Assembly: GCA_965230295.1 (NCBI GenBank)
Contig: OZ246001.1
Location: forward strand, 2,528,001-2,592,000
DNA from: Marinicella sp.
Lineage (GTDB): Bacteria; Pseudomonadota; Gammaproteobacteria; Xanthomonadales; Marinicellaceae
Direction: 5' to 3'
Length of the DNA: 64,000 nucleotides
Under the pieces are notes generated by a model. The model did not search any database. It was not told the origin of the DNA and worked only from the letters and a program-made list of their open reading frames with translations. The first letter of the stretch is position 1. Each line of letters starts with the position of its first letter. Shown in pieces: positions 31,527 to 42,443 of this stretch. Made by a program: the position numbers and the translations under genes.

Positions 31527-32456
31527 TTATGAATTGATGAATGGTAAAGGATTGACCTTGTGACCATTTTTTAGTATTTCAAAATGTAAATGTTCTGATG
31601 TGGCCCTGCCTGATTTGCCCATCACAGCGATGGATTCTCCTGCAGTCACTTTTTGGCCCAGTTCAACATGGATGGATTGTGCATGGGCATATCGAGTCAT
31701 GAAACCATTGCCGTGATCAATCTCAACCATCTTTCCATATGAGCCTCTGTTTCCAGCCCAAACCACAACGCCATCGGCTGCTGCCAATATTTCTGATTTG
31801 TATGCGCCGGAATAATCCATTCCTGCGTGTCTGGCCTGTTGTCCTGTAAACGGGTCAATGCGTTTACCGTAATACGATGAAATCCACCCCTTTGCTAAAG
31901 GTAAAATATGTGGTGTGGCATTTTGGTCAACTGTTTGTTCATTCAATAGTTTTGAAAGGATGTTTAAGTTTTCTTGTTGTTTCACGAATGAGTCTTCAAG
32001 GTTAAACAAATTTTCATACAGGCTTTGCGGCGTATTCAATTCACCAGTCAGTTCAAGTGCAGCACCACCTATGCCTGGTTCTTCAGTCAAGTTAAAATCA
32101 TCAGGACTGATTTGAGCGGCCTCAGTCAATCGACTGCCTAAGGCATTGAGTCTGGTGGAGTGGGCCATGAGTTTACCAATTTGTAAAGTCATGGAATCAA
32201 TGTCATATTGAATGGATTGTTTATGATCAATCAGTTCTTGTTGGCTTTGATCAACCAGGGCTTGTAATTCGAGTATTTTTTCTTGGTTGTCATTGCTGTT
32301 GCTGAAAAATGAAGCGCCTACCAGGGTGCCCAAGCTGATCAGCAATAAACTGAAAGCGGAAACGATTGTCAGTAATTTGATCTTAATTTTCTTATCACTC
32401 AATGTGTATTGAACGATACCGGTTTTTTCTTGTTTTATTATTGTGAAATTATTCAT
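31527..32456 (-). CDS. M23 family metallopeptidase
   Basis: N-terminal TM, coiled coil, HAGMD, YAH and HLHFE motifs; upstream of secA. Confidence 0.93.
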   Translation of the reverse strand: MNNFTIIKQEKTGIVQYTLSDKKIKIKLLTIVSAFSLLLISLGTLVGASFFSNSNDNQEKILELQALVDQSQQELIDHKQSIQYDIDSMTLQIGKLMAHSTRLNALGSRLTEAAQISPDDFNLTEEPGIGGAALELTGELNTPQSLYENLFNLEDSFVKQQENLNILSKLLNEQTVDQNATPHILPLAKGWISSYYGKRIDPFTGQQARHAGMDYSGAYKSEILAAADGVVVWAGNRGSYGKMVEIDHGNGFMTRYAHAQSIHVELGQKVTAGESIAVMGKSGRATSEHLHFEILKNGHKVNPLPFINS

Positions 32457-32498
32457 AAAAAACTTGCTTACTTCATTTAATAAGATTCAAATATCCCC

Positions 32499-32807
32499 AT
32501 GCGAAAATCCAAAGGATTCCACTCTATCAGCGACAGCATTTCTCAAGATAAAAGTTTATCTGGACTCATACAGCGTGCCAATCAGCTACAAAAGCTGAAT
32601 CAAGAACTTCAATTGCGTTTGCCTGCCCAAGTCAAGGGTATGTGCCACTTGGCCAATATTAAGGGCGAAACAGCTGTTTTTATTTGTTATACGCAAATGG
32701 AAGCCAGCAAAATCCGCATGTACAGCCGCAGCATTTTACAGATTATGCAGTCAGATTTCAAAATATCTGTGAAGAAACTACAGCTAAACGTTGAATTAAA
32801 ACGCTGA
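32499..32807 (+). CDS. dciA: DciA/DUF721 family protein
   Basis: Size, LQLRLPAQV..CHLAN and ASKIRM pattern; divergent from M23-secA as is typical. Confidence 0.7.
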   Translation: MRKSKGFHSISDSISQDKSLSGLIQRANQLQKLNQELQLRLPAQVKGMCHLANIKGETAVFICYTQMEASKIRMYSRSILQIMQSDFKISVKKLQLNVELKR

Positions 32808-32958
32808 TTTCTGTGCTTTAACGATTTCTTAATACTTGAGGTGGGCCAAACCTCTTTGGCTTCATTATGCTGAAATGGCATAATTTCGAATCAAATTTGG
32901 GCTGAATTGTTGTTGGTGTCAGTTTATAATGCCTAGCTGTTTCGCTATTTGACCTATT

Positions 32959-33774
32959 ATGAATTTAGAAGCCCAAATCAACGCCGCTTGGCAAGCCAAA
33001 ACTGATTTATCTCCAGCACAACTCAAGCAAGAGTTTGGCACTGACATTGAAGCCGCATTACAGGGACTTGAGTCTGGTTCTTTGCGTGTTTCAGAACCCA
33101 TCGGATCAGAATGGCAAGTCAATGAATGGTTAAAAAAAGCCGTGTTGTTGTATTTCACCATTGCTGACAATCAAGTGATGCCAGGTACCACGCACAATTA
33201 TTGGGACAAGGTACCTTGTCGATTCCAGGATGCCAAAGCTGAAGAGTTTCAGCGAACTGGTGCCAGGGTGGTACCACCGGCCACCGTTCGCCGCGGTGCC
33301 TTTTTAGGTCAAGGTGTGGTGTGTATGCCTTCCTATGTAAACATTGGTGCATATGTGGATGATGGCACCATGGTTGATACTTGGGCAACAGTGGGCAGTT
33401 GTGCCCAAATTGGCAAAAATGTTCACCTGTCTGGTGGTGTGGGCATTGGTGGTGTTTTGGAACCCTTGCAGGCAGCCCCCACCATCATTGAAGACGGTTG
33501 TTTTATCGGCGCACGCAGTGAAGTGGTTGAAGGGGTAAGAATTGGCAAAGGCAGTGTGATTTCAATGGGCGTGTTCATCGGCCAAAGTACCAAGATCTAT
33601 GACCGTGAAACCGATGAAATCACCTATGGCTATGTGCCTCCAGGGTCTGTGGTGGTGTCAGGAACCTTGCCAGCTCCCAATGGAAAATACGCCTTGGATT
33701 GTGCCGTCATCGTCAAGAAGGTTGATGAAAGGACTCGATCTAAAACTTCCATCAATGAACTGCTGCGCTCATGA
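32959..33774 (+). CDS. dapD: Tetrahydrodipicolinate N-succinyltransferase
   Basis: [22 protein letters not shown] and GGVLEPLQA motifs. Confidence 0.98.
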   Translation: MNLEAQINAAWQAKTDLSPAQLKQEFGTDIEAALQGLESGSLRVSEPIGSEWQVNEWLKKAVLLYFTIADNQVMPGTTHNYWDKVPCRFQDAKAEEFQRTGARVVPPATVRRGAFLGQGVVCMPSYVNIGAYVDDGTMVDTWATVGSCAQIGKNVHLSGGVGIGGVLEPLQAAPTIIEDGCFIGARSEVVEGVRIGKGSVISMGVFIGQSTKIYDRETDEITYGYVPPGSVVVSGTLPAPNGKYALDCAVIVKKVDERTRSKTSINELLRS

Positions 33775-34070
33775 TCATTTACGGTATTAAAAATTGTGAC
33801 AAAGTCAGGGCCGCCATCAAACAAGCCACAGCCGATGGATTGGCACCCAAGTTACATGATTTTAGAGTGGATGGCCTGGATCAGACGATGGTTGATGACA
33901 TGTTAAAGGACATTGACATGGGGCAGTTGCTCAACAAAAGAAGTACCACCTGGAAGCAGTTGAGTGATGCCGAAAAAGAGCAGGTGACAGCCGCGACATT
34001 GGTCACCCACCCCACCTTGATTAAACGTCCAGTGGTCAAAGAAGCTGGACACTACAGGATAGGACTCTGA
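33771..34070 (+). CDS. yffB: ArsC/Spx family protein (YffB-like)
   Basis: [18 protein letters not shown] and PTLIKRPV; upstream of dapE. Confidence 0.85.
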   Translation: MIIYGIKNCDKVRAAIKQATADGLAPKLHDFRVDGLDQTMVDDMLKDIDMGQLLNKRSTTWKQLSDAEKEQVTAATLVTHPTLIKRPVVKEAGHYRIGL

Positions 34071-34073
34071 ATC

Positions 34074-35222
34074 ATGGAACCAGAAGTCATTACACTGGCT
34101 AAACAATTGATTCAAAAACCATCGTACACACCTGATGATGCCGGCTGTCAGCCGTTGTTGATGAACCGCTTGGGTGGACAGGGGTTTCAAGGGGAACACC
34201 ACCGCTTTGGCGAGGTCGATAATGTGTTGATGTGGCATGGCGACCAACCAGGTCCAGCTTTGCTGTTTTTAGGCCACACCGATGTGGTACCGCCAGGTGA
34301 TGTGGCCGCTTGGACCCATGATCCATTGGCAGCCCATGTTGAGTCTGGGGTTTTGTATGGGCGTGGTGTGGCAGACATGAAAGGATCGATTGCAGCCATG
34401 GTATTGGCGATGGAAAAATTCATTGGACAGCATCCCAACCACCCAGGCAAAATTGCTTTGATGCTGACCAGTGATGAAGAAGGTGTAGCTGTAGATGGGG
34501 TGAAAAAATTCATGCCTTTGATGGCCGAAAAACACCACTTCGATTACTGTCTGGTGGGAGAGCCCAGCAGTTCAAAAGAATTGGGTGATACAGTCCGCGT
34601 CGGTCGCCGAGGATCCTTACATGTGATCATTAAAATCAAAGGCAAGCAAGGGCATGTGGCTTATCCACAAAACGCGGCCAATCCCGTATTCCTGGCTGCC
34701 GAAGCCATCAACCAAATGGGCCAGTTTGAATGGGATCAGGGCAATGCTGATTTTCCACCCACCAGTTTTCAGGTGTCTAACATCCAGGCAGGCACAGGCG
34801 TGCCTAACATCATCCCTGGGGAGTTGGTCATTACCGCCAATTTCAGGTATGCACCGACTTCAACTCAGGAGTCATTAAGTCGGCAGTTATGCCAATTGCT
34901 GGACACCTATATGGTGGCACCGCATGGCATCCAATACGAATTGGAATGGCAACTGTCAGGGGAACCTTTTCATTGCCAGAATGAAGCGTACAAACAAGCT
35001 TTGGCTGCCTCAATCAAGTCAATAACCGGAATAAAACCTGAATTCAATACGGCAGGCGGTACCTCAGATGGTCGTTTTGTGGCCCCACATGGCATTGCCA
35101 CCATGGAATTGGGACCCATCAACAAAACCATCCATCAAGTGAATGAGTGCGAAAAAATCAGCCATCTGGTGCAATTGGAAAACATTTATTTGGACTTGAT
35201 CAACAGATTGTTGATGTCATGA
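34074..35222 (+). CDS. dapE: Succinyl-diaminopimelate desuccinylase
   Basis: GHTDVVP, GRGVADMKG, SDEE, GRRGS and GGTSDGRF motifs. Confidence 0.97.
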   Translation: MEPEVITLAKQLIQKPSYTPDDAGCQPLLMNRLGGQGFQGEHHRFGEVDNVLMWHGDQPGPALLFLGHTDVVPPGDVAAWTHDPLAAHVESGVLYGRGVADMKGSIAAMVLAMEKFIGQHPNHPGKIALMLTSDEEGVAVDGVKKFMPLMAEKHHFDYCLVGEPSSSKELGDTVRVGRRGSLHVIIKIKGKQGHVAYPQNAANPVFLAAEAINQMGQFEWDQGNADFPPTSFQVSNIQAGTGVPNIIPGELVITANFRYAPTSTQESLSRQLCQLLDTYMVAPHGIQYELEWQLSGEPFHCQNEAYKQALAASIKSITGIKPEFNTAGGTSDGRFVAPHGIATMELGPINKTIHQVNECEKISHLVQLENIYLDLINRLLMS

Positions 35223-36196
35223 GTGGTGCTTTAGATCGTCGCCTGTCAGTGGCTCCGATGTTGGATTGGACCGATCGCCATTGTCGGTATTTTCATCGGC
35301 TGATTTCTGATCGGGTATTGCTGTACACAGAAATGGTGACCTGTCCTGCCATTTTAAGGGGCGATCGAGACAAGTACATCGGATTTTCACCGCAAGAAAA
35401 TCCGGTGGCTTTACAGCTGGGAGGCAGTGATGCCGATGATTTGGCAGCCTGTGCCAAAATCGCTGAAGACATGGGGTATGCTGAAATCAATTTGAATGTC
35501 GGTTGTCCCAGCGATCGGGTGCAGAAAGGCCGCTTTGGAGCTTGCTTGATGAAAGAACCAGCATTGGTGGCAGACTGTTTTGCAGCCATGCAAGATGCCG
35601 TCACGATACCTGTCACCATCAAGTCCAGAATTGGTGTCGATGATGATGACTCTTATGCATCGTTCACTGGGTTTATCAAGACCGTGAAAGTCGCCGGTTG
35701 TGACACCTTCATCATCCATGCCCGCAAAGCGATACTGAAAGGACTGAGTCCCAAACAAAACAGGTCTGTTCCGCCACTGAAATATCATTATGCTTATGAC
35801 ATCAAAGCGGACAACCCTGATTTGAACATCATCCTCAATGGTGGCATCGACGATGTCAACGAGGCAATCAAACACATGGAGCAGGTTGATGGTATCATGG
35901 TTGGCCGGGCCTTTTGGAATGCGCCTTGGTTGATCAGAGACATGCATGAAGCGTTGGATTTAGGTCTACAACAAACTGGCAGGGATGAGGTGTTGTTGGC
36001 GTATATGGATTATTGTGAACAGATGATTCAACAGGGGTTGAGTTTACATTGGTTGATCAGGCCCATACTGGGTTTGTATCATGGCTTCCCTGGCAATAAA
36101 AAGTGGAAGTCGCATTTAGTTACCGAGGCGCCGCGCAGAAAAACAGATGTGAGCGTCATCAAAGAAGCAAGAAATTGGGTGAATTATGTTAGTTAA
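35219..36196 (+). CDS. dusA: tRNA dihydrouridine(20/20a) synthase
   Basis: VAPMLDWTDRHCR, NVGCPSDRVQ and HARKAILKGLSPKQNR motifs. Confidence 0.96.
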   Translation: MSGALDRRLSVAPMLDWTDRHCRYFHRLISDRVLLYTEMVTCPAILRGDRDKYIGFSPQENPVALQLGGSDADDLAACAKIAEDMGYAEINLNVGCPSDRVQKGRFGACLMKEPALVADCFAAMQDAVTIPVTIKSRIGVDDDDSYASFTGFIKTVKVAGCDTFIIHARKAILKGLSPKQNRSVPPLKYHYAYDIKADNPDLNIILNGGIDDVNEAIKHMEQVDGIMVGRAFWNAPWLIRDMHEALDLGLQQTGRDEVLLAYMDYCEQMIQQGLSLHWLIRPILGLYHGFPGNKKWKSHLVTEAPRRKTDVSVIKEARNWVNYVS

Positions 36197-37106
36197 ATCA
36201 GTTGAAGCATTCAAAGCGGCCACCGCTGAAAATTCTTTTCCTATCAAACAAGCTGGCAGCATGAAAGCCGCTTTTATGGTCAGTCCGGTGGGTTTTCGTT
36301 TGGACCAACAAACCGCACAAGACAATGAATACATGTTGATGGACCAACAAGTGGACGTCAAATTGGCCATGTATCAACACCAACAGTTGGCCAGGGCCAT
36401 CACCGACGTGGGTGTGCCGGTGATCACCTTTCCTGGTTCTGCTGAAACCCCCGATGCAGTGTTTCCAAACAATGCCTTTGCCACCACACACAACAACCGC
36501 TATGTGATTGGCTCGATGAAATATGACAACCGCCAGAAAGAAACCGAACGGGCTGACATACGTCAGTTTTTCGGGGAGCTGTTGGGTTACGAAAAATATG
36601 AAATCGATCATGACGAAGCGGTCGCCGAGTTAACAGGGGTTCTGGTGCCAGACAGGGCCAGAAATGTGGGTTTTGTTGGTATGACTGAACGGGTGGATGA
36701 TGCTGGTGCCGTGGCCCTGGATGAGGCGTTTGCGACCGATTTGATGTTCCAGTTTGATTTGGCGCCAGGTGAGTACCACACCAATGTGGTGATGGCTTGT
36801 TTAGCCGGTAAAGCTTGTGTGATTCATAAAGATTCTTTTGCTGACCCAGCTGTGGTGGATGCCATTGCTGCCTTTTATCAGGACCGGACTTTGTTCATCA
36901 ATGATGCTGAAAAGTTGGCTTTTGCGGGCAATTGTATTTCGATCACTGATAAGGATGTGTTTTTCAGCCAAACGGCGTTTGATGCATTGAATGCGGATTC
37001 GAAGGCCAAGTTGGAATCATGGGGGTTTGTGTTGCATGGCGTCGACGTGTCCGAGTTGGAAAAGGCGGGAGGGAGCCTCCGCTGCATGATCGGCGAAATC
37101 TTCTGA
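36186..37106 (+). CDS. Amidinotransferase / arginine deiminase-related (CtlX-like) hydrolase
   Basis: TPDAVFPNN, YHTNVVM and EKAGGSLRCMIGEIF motifs. Confidence 0.88.
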   Translation: MLVKSVEAFKAATAENSFPIKQAGSMKAAFMVSPVGFRLDQQTAQDNEYMLMDQQVDVKLAMYQHQQLARAITDVGVPVITFPGSAETPDAVFPNNAFATTHNNRYVIGSMKYDNRQKETERADIRQFFGELLGYEKYEIDHDEAVAELTGVLVPDRARNVGFVGMTERVDDAGAVALDEAFATDLMFQFDLAPGEYHTNVVMACLAGKACVIHKDSFADPAVVDAIAAFYQDRTLFINDAEKLAFAGNCISITDKDVFFSQTAFDALNADSKAKLESWGFVLHGVDVSELEKAGGSLRCMIGEIF

Positions 37107-37225
37107 GGACGATTTTGGGAGGCAATCTCGGCGTTGGATTGGGCTTCGAGACAGTCACGCACACCAGAGTGCGCTCCTGCCTTCTCAGCCAAATCCGCCT
37201 TGACCTTGCCATCCAAAATACGCCC
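37107..37225. repeat. Long imperfect palindromic REP/MITE-like element
   Basis: attttgga-ggcaa...ggatt-gggct..gaga..cgcac / gtgcg..tctc-agcc-aatcc..ttgcc-tccaaaat nested arms. Confidence 0.65.
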
Positions 37226-37242
37226 ACAGGACTAATAGGAAC

Positions 37243-37389
37243 GTCATCCTGAGCGCAGCCGAAGGATCTCCCAAAGCTGTCGAGATCGTGGATAAGTCAC
37301 TATCCAGTCATCATGAGATCTTTCGACTCCACTGCGTTACGCTCAAGATGACAGTGCCTCGTCATCCTGAGCGCAGCCGAAGGATCTCC
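37243..37389. repeat. REP/MITE-like element, one complete plus one half copy
   Basis: GTCATCCTGAGCGCAGCCGAAGGATCTCC at 37243 and 37361; inverted arm GAGATCTTTCGACT...CGCTCAAGATGAC at 37315-37352. Confidence 0.85.
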
Positions 37390-37575
37390 GCAAGTTCACG
37401 TGATCTTTTCCTTCATTCTCAAGTATCGATGACCTACAATAAGATTTGAATATCAATCGTGAAAGATTAGCGGGAATGGGCTTATTAGGTTGCATTCATA
37501 TTCATGCACCACTAATAAATCATTGGGTTACAGTCGCGCATCAAGCATGTATGTTAATTATTTTAAAGAAAAGTC

Positions 37576-38418
37576 ATGACCCTCGTTGTTTCTTGGACTA
37601 GGAAAACCAATACTGGCCGTGAACTCTGGGTTATGTCAGACAGTAGACTTAGTGGTGGAAAATGCTGGGATTATGGACCGAAGGTATTCGGAATAGGCCG
37701 TAGTGATGCAGTTATCGCATTTGCTGGGGATACAGCATGGACTTATCCTTTAATCGCACAGATTACATCTTATGTAGAGTCATTTGTTAACTTACGTGAG
37801 AGGGTAATTGATTTTATTGATGCCCAAGAAAGAATAATTAAGGTGCTTAACGAGTCACTTGATTTTGTGTCTGATGCAGCATGTGAGTCAGAAGAAGTGC
37901 CTGATTGTAAATTCATAATTGCTGGGTACTCTGCTAGAAAGCAATGTTTTATCCTAAATAAAATAATTTTTCACTCTAAACGAAAAAAATTTGAAAAAAG
38001 GTCTGCAAAAAACATCAATGATGAATTATTTGCTGTTATTGGTGATGACATGCCTGTTAGTGCCATTTCTCATCGCATATCTGAAATTGAGAAACAGTAC
38101 ACTGGTACTGACTTTAAACTTGATATGGTACCTTCCGAAGCATTTTTTGAAATTTTATCATCAGATACCTTTCGAGAAATTGGTGGTGCACCACAACTAA
38201 CTAAGGTATATCAGAATATGAACCAAAAACACTTCGGTGTTTACTGGCCTCCTGAACGGCCTATCAAGGAACAAAAAATTTATCTTCGTGGTCGTGAGAT
38301 TGGTAAATATGAGGTTCTAGATCATCCATGGGTATTTGACCCTTCAGAAGGTAAACTTTACTGGCATGATTTTTCGCCTGATGAGATGAGAGCTAAATCA
38401 AATGCAGAAAAAAACTAG
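37576..38418 (+). CDS. Orphan Ntn-hydrolase (proteasome-beta/HslV-like) protein
   Basis: Met-Thr start, SDSRLS, PKVF, FAGD and IGG motif series; AT-rich codon usage unlike neighbours. Confidence 0.6.
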   Translation: MTLVVSWTRKTNTGRELWVMSDSRLSGGKCWDYGPKVFGIGRSDAVIAFAGDTAWTYPLIAQITSYVESFVNLRERVIDFIDAQERIIKVLNESLDFVSDAACESEEVPDCKFIIAGYSARKQCFILNKIIFHSKRKKFEKRSAKNINDELFAVIGDDMPVSAISHRISEIEKQYTGTDFKLDMVPSEAFFEILSSDTFREIGGAPQLTKVYQNMNQKHFGVYWPPERPIKEQKIYLRGREIGKYEVLDHPWVFDPSEGKLYWHDFSPDEMRAKSNAEKN

Positions 38419-38492
38419 TTTCCTTAGAAAGAATAAAGTAGCCTAACGTTATTTTTTTCAAGTCTATACTTTGCTCGATTCACTACGAGAAT

Positions 38493-38903
38493 TCAAAACC
38501 ACCCAATGATCCCGCCCATCAGTACAAGGGCGACGGTGGAATAGCCGGCGTTGATCAGCAGGATTTTCAGGCCCCTGCCTTCAAAGGCGTAGTGGATGCC
38601 CATAAAGGTGGTGATGAAACCCAGGCCTATGACCAGGCCAGTCATGGCGCCCATGTGTATATCGGCATCAGGGCCGACCAGCATGCCCATGACAATGGCA
38701 GCGATCAAGGTCCAAACGATGGCGGTGCCGAAGACTTTGCCAGGGTGTCGTTTACCCAATTCTTCCTCAGAGAAACCAAAGGCCTTGAGCCAGGGTTTGC
38801 TGAATAGGGGGCCGTACCAAATGCCTCCCAGGACAAATGCCGATGCGGTAGCGATCAGGATGGCCAACCAATTGAGTTGGGCCAAATCAAAATGTAAATG
38901 CAT
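38493..38903 (-). CDS. DUF1761 membrane protein
   Basis: NWLAIL, GGIWYGPLFSKPW and INAGY motifs. Confidence 0.88.
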   Translation of the reverse strand: MHLHFDLAQLNWLAILIATASAFVLGGIWYGPLFSKPWLKAFGFSEEELGKRHPGKVFGTAIVWTLIAAIVMGMLVGPDADIHMGAMTGLVIGLGFITTFMGIHYAFEGRGLKILLINAGYSTVALVLMGGIIGWF

Positions 38904-38966
38904 GCTTTTCACCTTTGTTCAAAGGTAAACATTATAACCAATTTGATTCAGTATCTTTTTTAGCGA

Positions 38967-40784
38967 TCAGGCTTCTCTGCTGGCACGTTTGCGTTCGTGT
39001 TCCAACAGGTGTTTTTTACGGATTCTGATTTCATCTGGTGTGACTTCAACCAGTTCATCATCTTCGATGAACTCCATGGACTGTTCTAAAGTCATTTGGA
39101 TCGGTGTGACCAGATTAATGGCATCGTCTTTGCCTGAAGCCCGTACGTTGGTCAATTGTTTCCCTTTCAAAGGGTTGACCGTCAAATCATTGTCTCTGGA
39201 GTGAATACCGATCACCTGACCTTCATAGACTTCTACATTGGCATCAATCAACATGCGGCCACGCTCTTGTAAATTAAACAACGCATAACCCAGTGCTTTA
39301 CCTGTACCTTTGGAAATCAACACGCCGTTTTTACGGCTGCGTTCAATGGTGTTGAGTTTGCGGCCATAGTGATCGAACACATGGGTCAGAATCCCTGAAC
39401 CTGAGGTGGTGGTTTTGAATTCTGATTGGTAACCGATCAGGCCACGAGCAGGGATGGTGAAGTTCAGTCTGACTCGGCCGGTTGCATCAGGAACGATGTC
39501 TTTGACCTCGGCACGACGACCCAACAGTTGTTCCATCACTGAACCTTGGTGTTCTTGTTCAATGTCAACCACCAGGTCTTCATAAGGTTCACACATTTGC
39601 CCATCAATTTCACGGTAGATCACTTGCGGTCTGGAGATGGCCAATTCGAAGCCTTCTCTGCGCATGGTTTCGATCAATACCGACAAGTGTAATTCGCCAC
39701 GACCCGAGACTTTGAATTGATCCGAGTTGGCAGTGTCTTCCACCCGCAATGCCACGTTGTAGGTGGTTTCACGTTCTAAACGGTCTTTGATTTGTCGAGA
39801 AGTCAGGAACTTGCCACTTTTCCCGGCAAAAGGGGAGTCATTGACACAAAACAACATGGAGATGGTGGGTTCATCAACGGTCAAAGGCGGCAAGGCTTCG
39901 ACATGATCGCGGTTACACAAAGTGTCTGAGATGCCAATGCCATCGATGCCTGAAATCGCCACAATGTCGCCAGCCGAGGCTTCATTGACTTCAATGCGTT
40001 CTAAGCCTTTGAAGCCAAATATTTTCAGGATTCGCCCATTCCTGGTCTGACCTTCTGAATCAATCACTGTCACTGGTGTATTGGTTTTAACCGCACCTTT
40101 TTTGATGCGTCCTATGCCAATCAAACCTAAAAATGAATTGTAGTCTAAGGTCGATACCTGCATCTGAAAAGGTGCTGCAATGTCCACATCGGGCGGGCTG
40201 ACTTTCTGGGTGATGGTTTCAAACAACGGGCGCATGTCGCCGCTGCGGTTTTCATCGTCTTCAGAAGCATAGCCGTTGATGGCTGAGGCGTAAATGATCG
40301 GGAAATCCAACTGCTCATCAGTGGCACCCAGCGAATCGAACAAATCAAAAGTCTGGTCAATCACCCATTGGATTCTGGCTCCGTCACGATCCACTTTGTT
40401 GACTACTACCACGGGTGTGAAGCCCATTTCGAAAGCTTTTTGAGTCACAAAACGGGTTTGCGGCATGGGACCATCAACTGCGTCAACCAACAACAACACG
40501 GAGTCAACCATACTCAAAACGCGTTCAACCTCACCACCAAAATCGGCATGGCCCGGGGTGTCAACAATGTTGATTTTGTAGCCTTCCCATTCAATGGAGG
40601 TGTTCTTGGACAAGATGGTGATGCCACGCTCTTTCTCCAAGTCGTTGGAGTCCATCAATCGATTGGGGTCATCGGCACGATCACCCAGGGTTCCGGACTG
40701 TTTCAACAGTTCATCAACCAAAGTGGTTTTACCGTGGTCAACGTGAGCAATGATTGCGATGTTTCTGATTTTTTCTGTAGACAT
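38967..40784 (-). CDS. typA: Translational GTPase TypA/BipA
   Basis: [24 protein letters not shown] and [10 protein letters not shown] motifs. Confidence 0.99.
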   Translation of the reverse strand: MSTEKIRNIAIIAHVDHGKTTLVDELLKQSGTLGDRADDPNRLMDSNDLEKERGITILSKNTSIEWEGYKINIVDTPGHADFGGEVERVLSMVDSVLLLVDAVDGPMPQTRFVTQKAFEMGFTPVVVVNKVDRDGARIQWVIDQTFDLFDSLGATDEQLDFPIIYASAINGYASEDDENRSGDMRPLFETITQKVSPPDVDIAAPFQMQVSTLDYNSFLGLIGIGRIKKGAVKTNTPVTVIDSEGQTRNGRILKIFGFKGLERIEVNEASAGDIVAISGIDGIGISDTLCNRDHVEALPPLTVDEPTISMLFCVNDSPFAGKSGKFLTSRQIKDRLERETTYNVALRVEDTANSDQFKVSGRGELHLSVLIETMRREGFELAISRPQVIYREIDGQMCEPYEDLVVDIEQEHQGSVMEQLLGRRAEVKDIVPDATGRVRLNFTIPARGLIGYQSEFKTTTSGSGILTHVFDHYGRKLNTIERSRKNGVLISKGTGKALGYALFNLQERGRMLIDANVEVYEGQVIGIHSRDNDLTVNPLKGKQLTNVRASGKDDAINLVTPIQMTLEQSMEFIEDDELVEVTPDEIRIRKKHLLEHERKRASREA

Positions 40785-40987
40785 GGAAGTGCCAGCGCTT
40801 TAAAAGCCGCGCATTATAGCTTAAACAACAGCATGAAATGCGGTCTTTTGCGGCAGATCCGAGGATTTTGCTGGATATTTACTCATTAATGACCTTCAGC
40901 ATGCTTGTAGAATGGAAAATTGCACTTATTATTGTCTGCATGGTCTATATAATAGATTTTAAACATTATTTAATCAGGTAAATATTT

Positions 40988-41890
40988 ATGAAAAGAGTAC
41001 TCTTATTTGTGGCCACTAACATTGCCATCTTAGCGGTCATTTCAGTGGTGATGCGAATTTTTGGATTCGACAGTTATTTGACTCAGAATGGCTTGGATTA
41101 TCGCGCTTTGGCTGTGTTTTCAATCCTGTGGGGATCGATCGGCTCCTTCATTTCATTGGCCATGTCTAAATGGATCGCAAAACGGTCCATGGGGGTTCAA
41201 GTGATTGAGCAACCGCGCAATGCCGATGAACAATGGTTGGTGGACACCGTTAAGAGACAGGCTCAGGATGCCGGTATTGGCATGCCTGAAGTGGGTGTGT
41301 TCAATTCACCCAGCCCCAATGCATTTGCCACGGGCATGAAAAGAAACGATGCCTTGGTTGCGGTCAGCACAGGTTTATTACAAACCATGGAAAAAAGGGA
41401 AGTGGAAGCAGTTTTGGGCCATGAAGTGGCGCATGTGGCCAACGGTGACATGGTGACCATGGCTTTGATTCAGGGCATTTTAAATGCCTTTGTGATTTTC
41501 TTCTCGAGGGTCATAGGTTATGCAATAGCTGCAGCAACTCGCGATGAACGTGGTGGCGGTTATGGCATGGGCTATTTTATTGGTACCATCATTGCACAAA
41601 TCATTTTGGGCTTTCTGGCGGCCATCATCATCAATTCATTCTCCAGGTGGCGTGAGTTCCATGCCGATGAAGGCGGGGCGAGACTGGCAGGCAACCAAAA
41701 CATGATTGATGCGTTGAAAGCATTGCAGCGAAATTCCAGGACTGAAAAGTTAGAAGGTGAGTTTGCTGCTTTTGGCATCTCTGGCGGTAAAGCCACTTTG
41801 GCCAAATTGTTTTCCACCCACCCGCCTTTGGAAGACCGCATTGCTGCATTGGAAAAAGCCCAATATGGTGACAACACCGTGATCAGCTGA
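40988..41890 (+). CDS. htpX: Membrane zinc protease HtpX
   Basis: PNAFATG, HEVAH (HExxH), GDMVT and STHPPLEDRI motifs. Confidence 0.97.
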   Translation: MKRVLLFVATNIAILAVISVVMRIFGFDSYLTQNGLDYRALAVFSILWGSIGSFISLAMSKWIAKRSMGVQVIEQPRNADEQWLVDTVKRQAQDAGIGMPEVGVFNSPSPNAFATGMKRNDALVAVSTGLLQTMEKREVEAVLGHEVAHVANGDMVTMALIQGILNAFVIFFSRVIGYAIAAATRDERGGGYGMGYFIGTIIAQIILGFLAAIIINSFSRWREFHADEGGARLAGNQNMIDALKALQRNSRTEKLEGEFAAFGISGGKATLAKLFSTHPPLEDRIAALEKAQYGDNTVIS

Positions 41891-41896
41891 TCGATC

Positions 41897-42442
41897 ATGT
41901 CGCTGTTGTTAACCGGACAGGAAAGCAAACGGTTATCTTATAGAAAAGTCAGGCAATCAGATTATCAATTCTGGTTGCCTTTTTTCTCTGACCCACAAAC
42001 CTCAAAACACTGGACCATGCCAGAAGCCAGTGCAGAAGCGCAATGCACAGATTGGTATCAGTATCAATTTTACCGTTATGAGCAAGGACTTGGAGGCATG
42101 AATGCATTGATTGAAAAGAACACAGGTCAGCTCGTGGGTCACTGTGGTCTTTTGGTACAAACCGTCGATGGGCAATCAGAACTGGAAGTGGGTTATTCGC
42201 TGTTGCCAGCGTTCTGGGGCAAAGGTTATGCCACAGAAGCGGCCCAAACATGTCGAGATCATGCGTTCACTCATGGGCTGACTGAATCATTGATTTCTAT
42301 CATATCTCTGACCAATACACCATCTGAAAGGGTGGCCAGGGCCAACGGTATGCAGGTGATCAAACAAACTGTATACCATGACAACCCGGTCAATATTTTC
42401 AGTATAGACCGAGCAGACTGGATGGCGCTGATGGCTTCGTGA
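41897..42442 (+). CDS. GNAT (RimJ/RimL-type) acetyltransferase
   Basis: EVGYSLLPAFWGKGYATEAA and NTPSERVA motifs. Confidence 0.9.
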   Translation: MSLLLTGQESKRLSYRKVRQSDYQFWLPFFSDPQTSKHWTMPEASAEAQCTDWYQYQFYRYEQGLGGMNALIEKNTGQLVGHCGLLVQTVDGQSELEVGYSLLPAFWGKGYATEAAQTCRDHAFTHGLTESLISIISLTNTPSERVARANGMQVIKQTVYHDNPVNIFSIDRADWMALMAS

Positions 42443-42443
42443 A

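Noticed and set aside
36878-37252. ORFs spanning the REP-like region
   Set aside because: Open frames arise from GC-rich palindromic repeats and overlap the amidinotransferase 3' end
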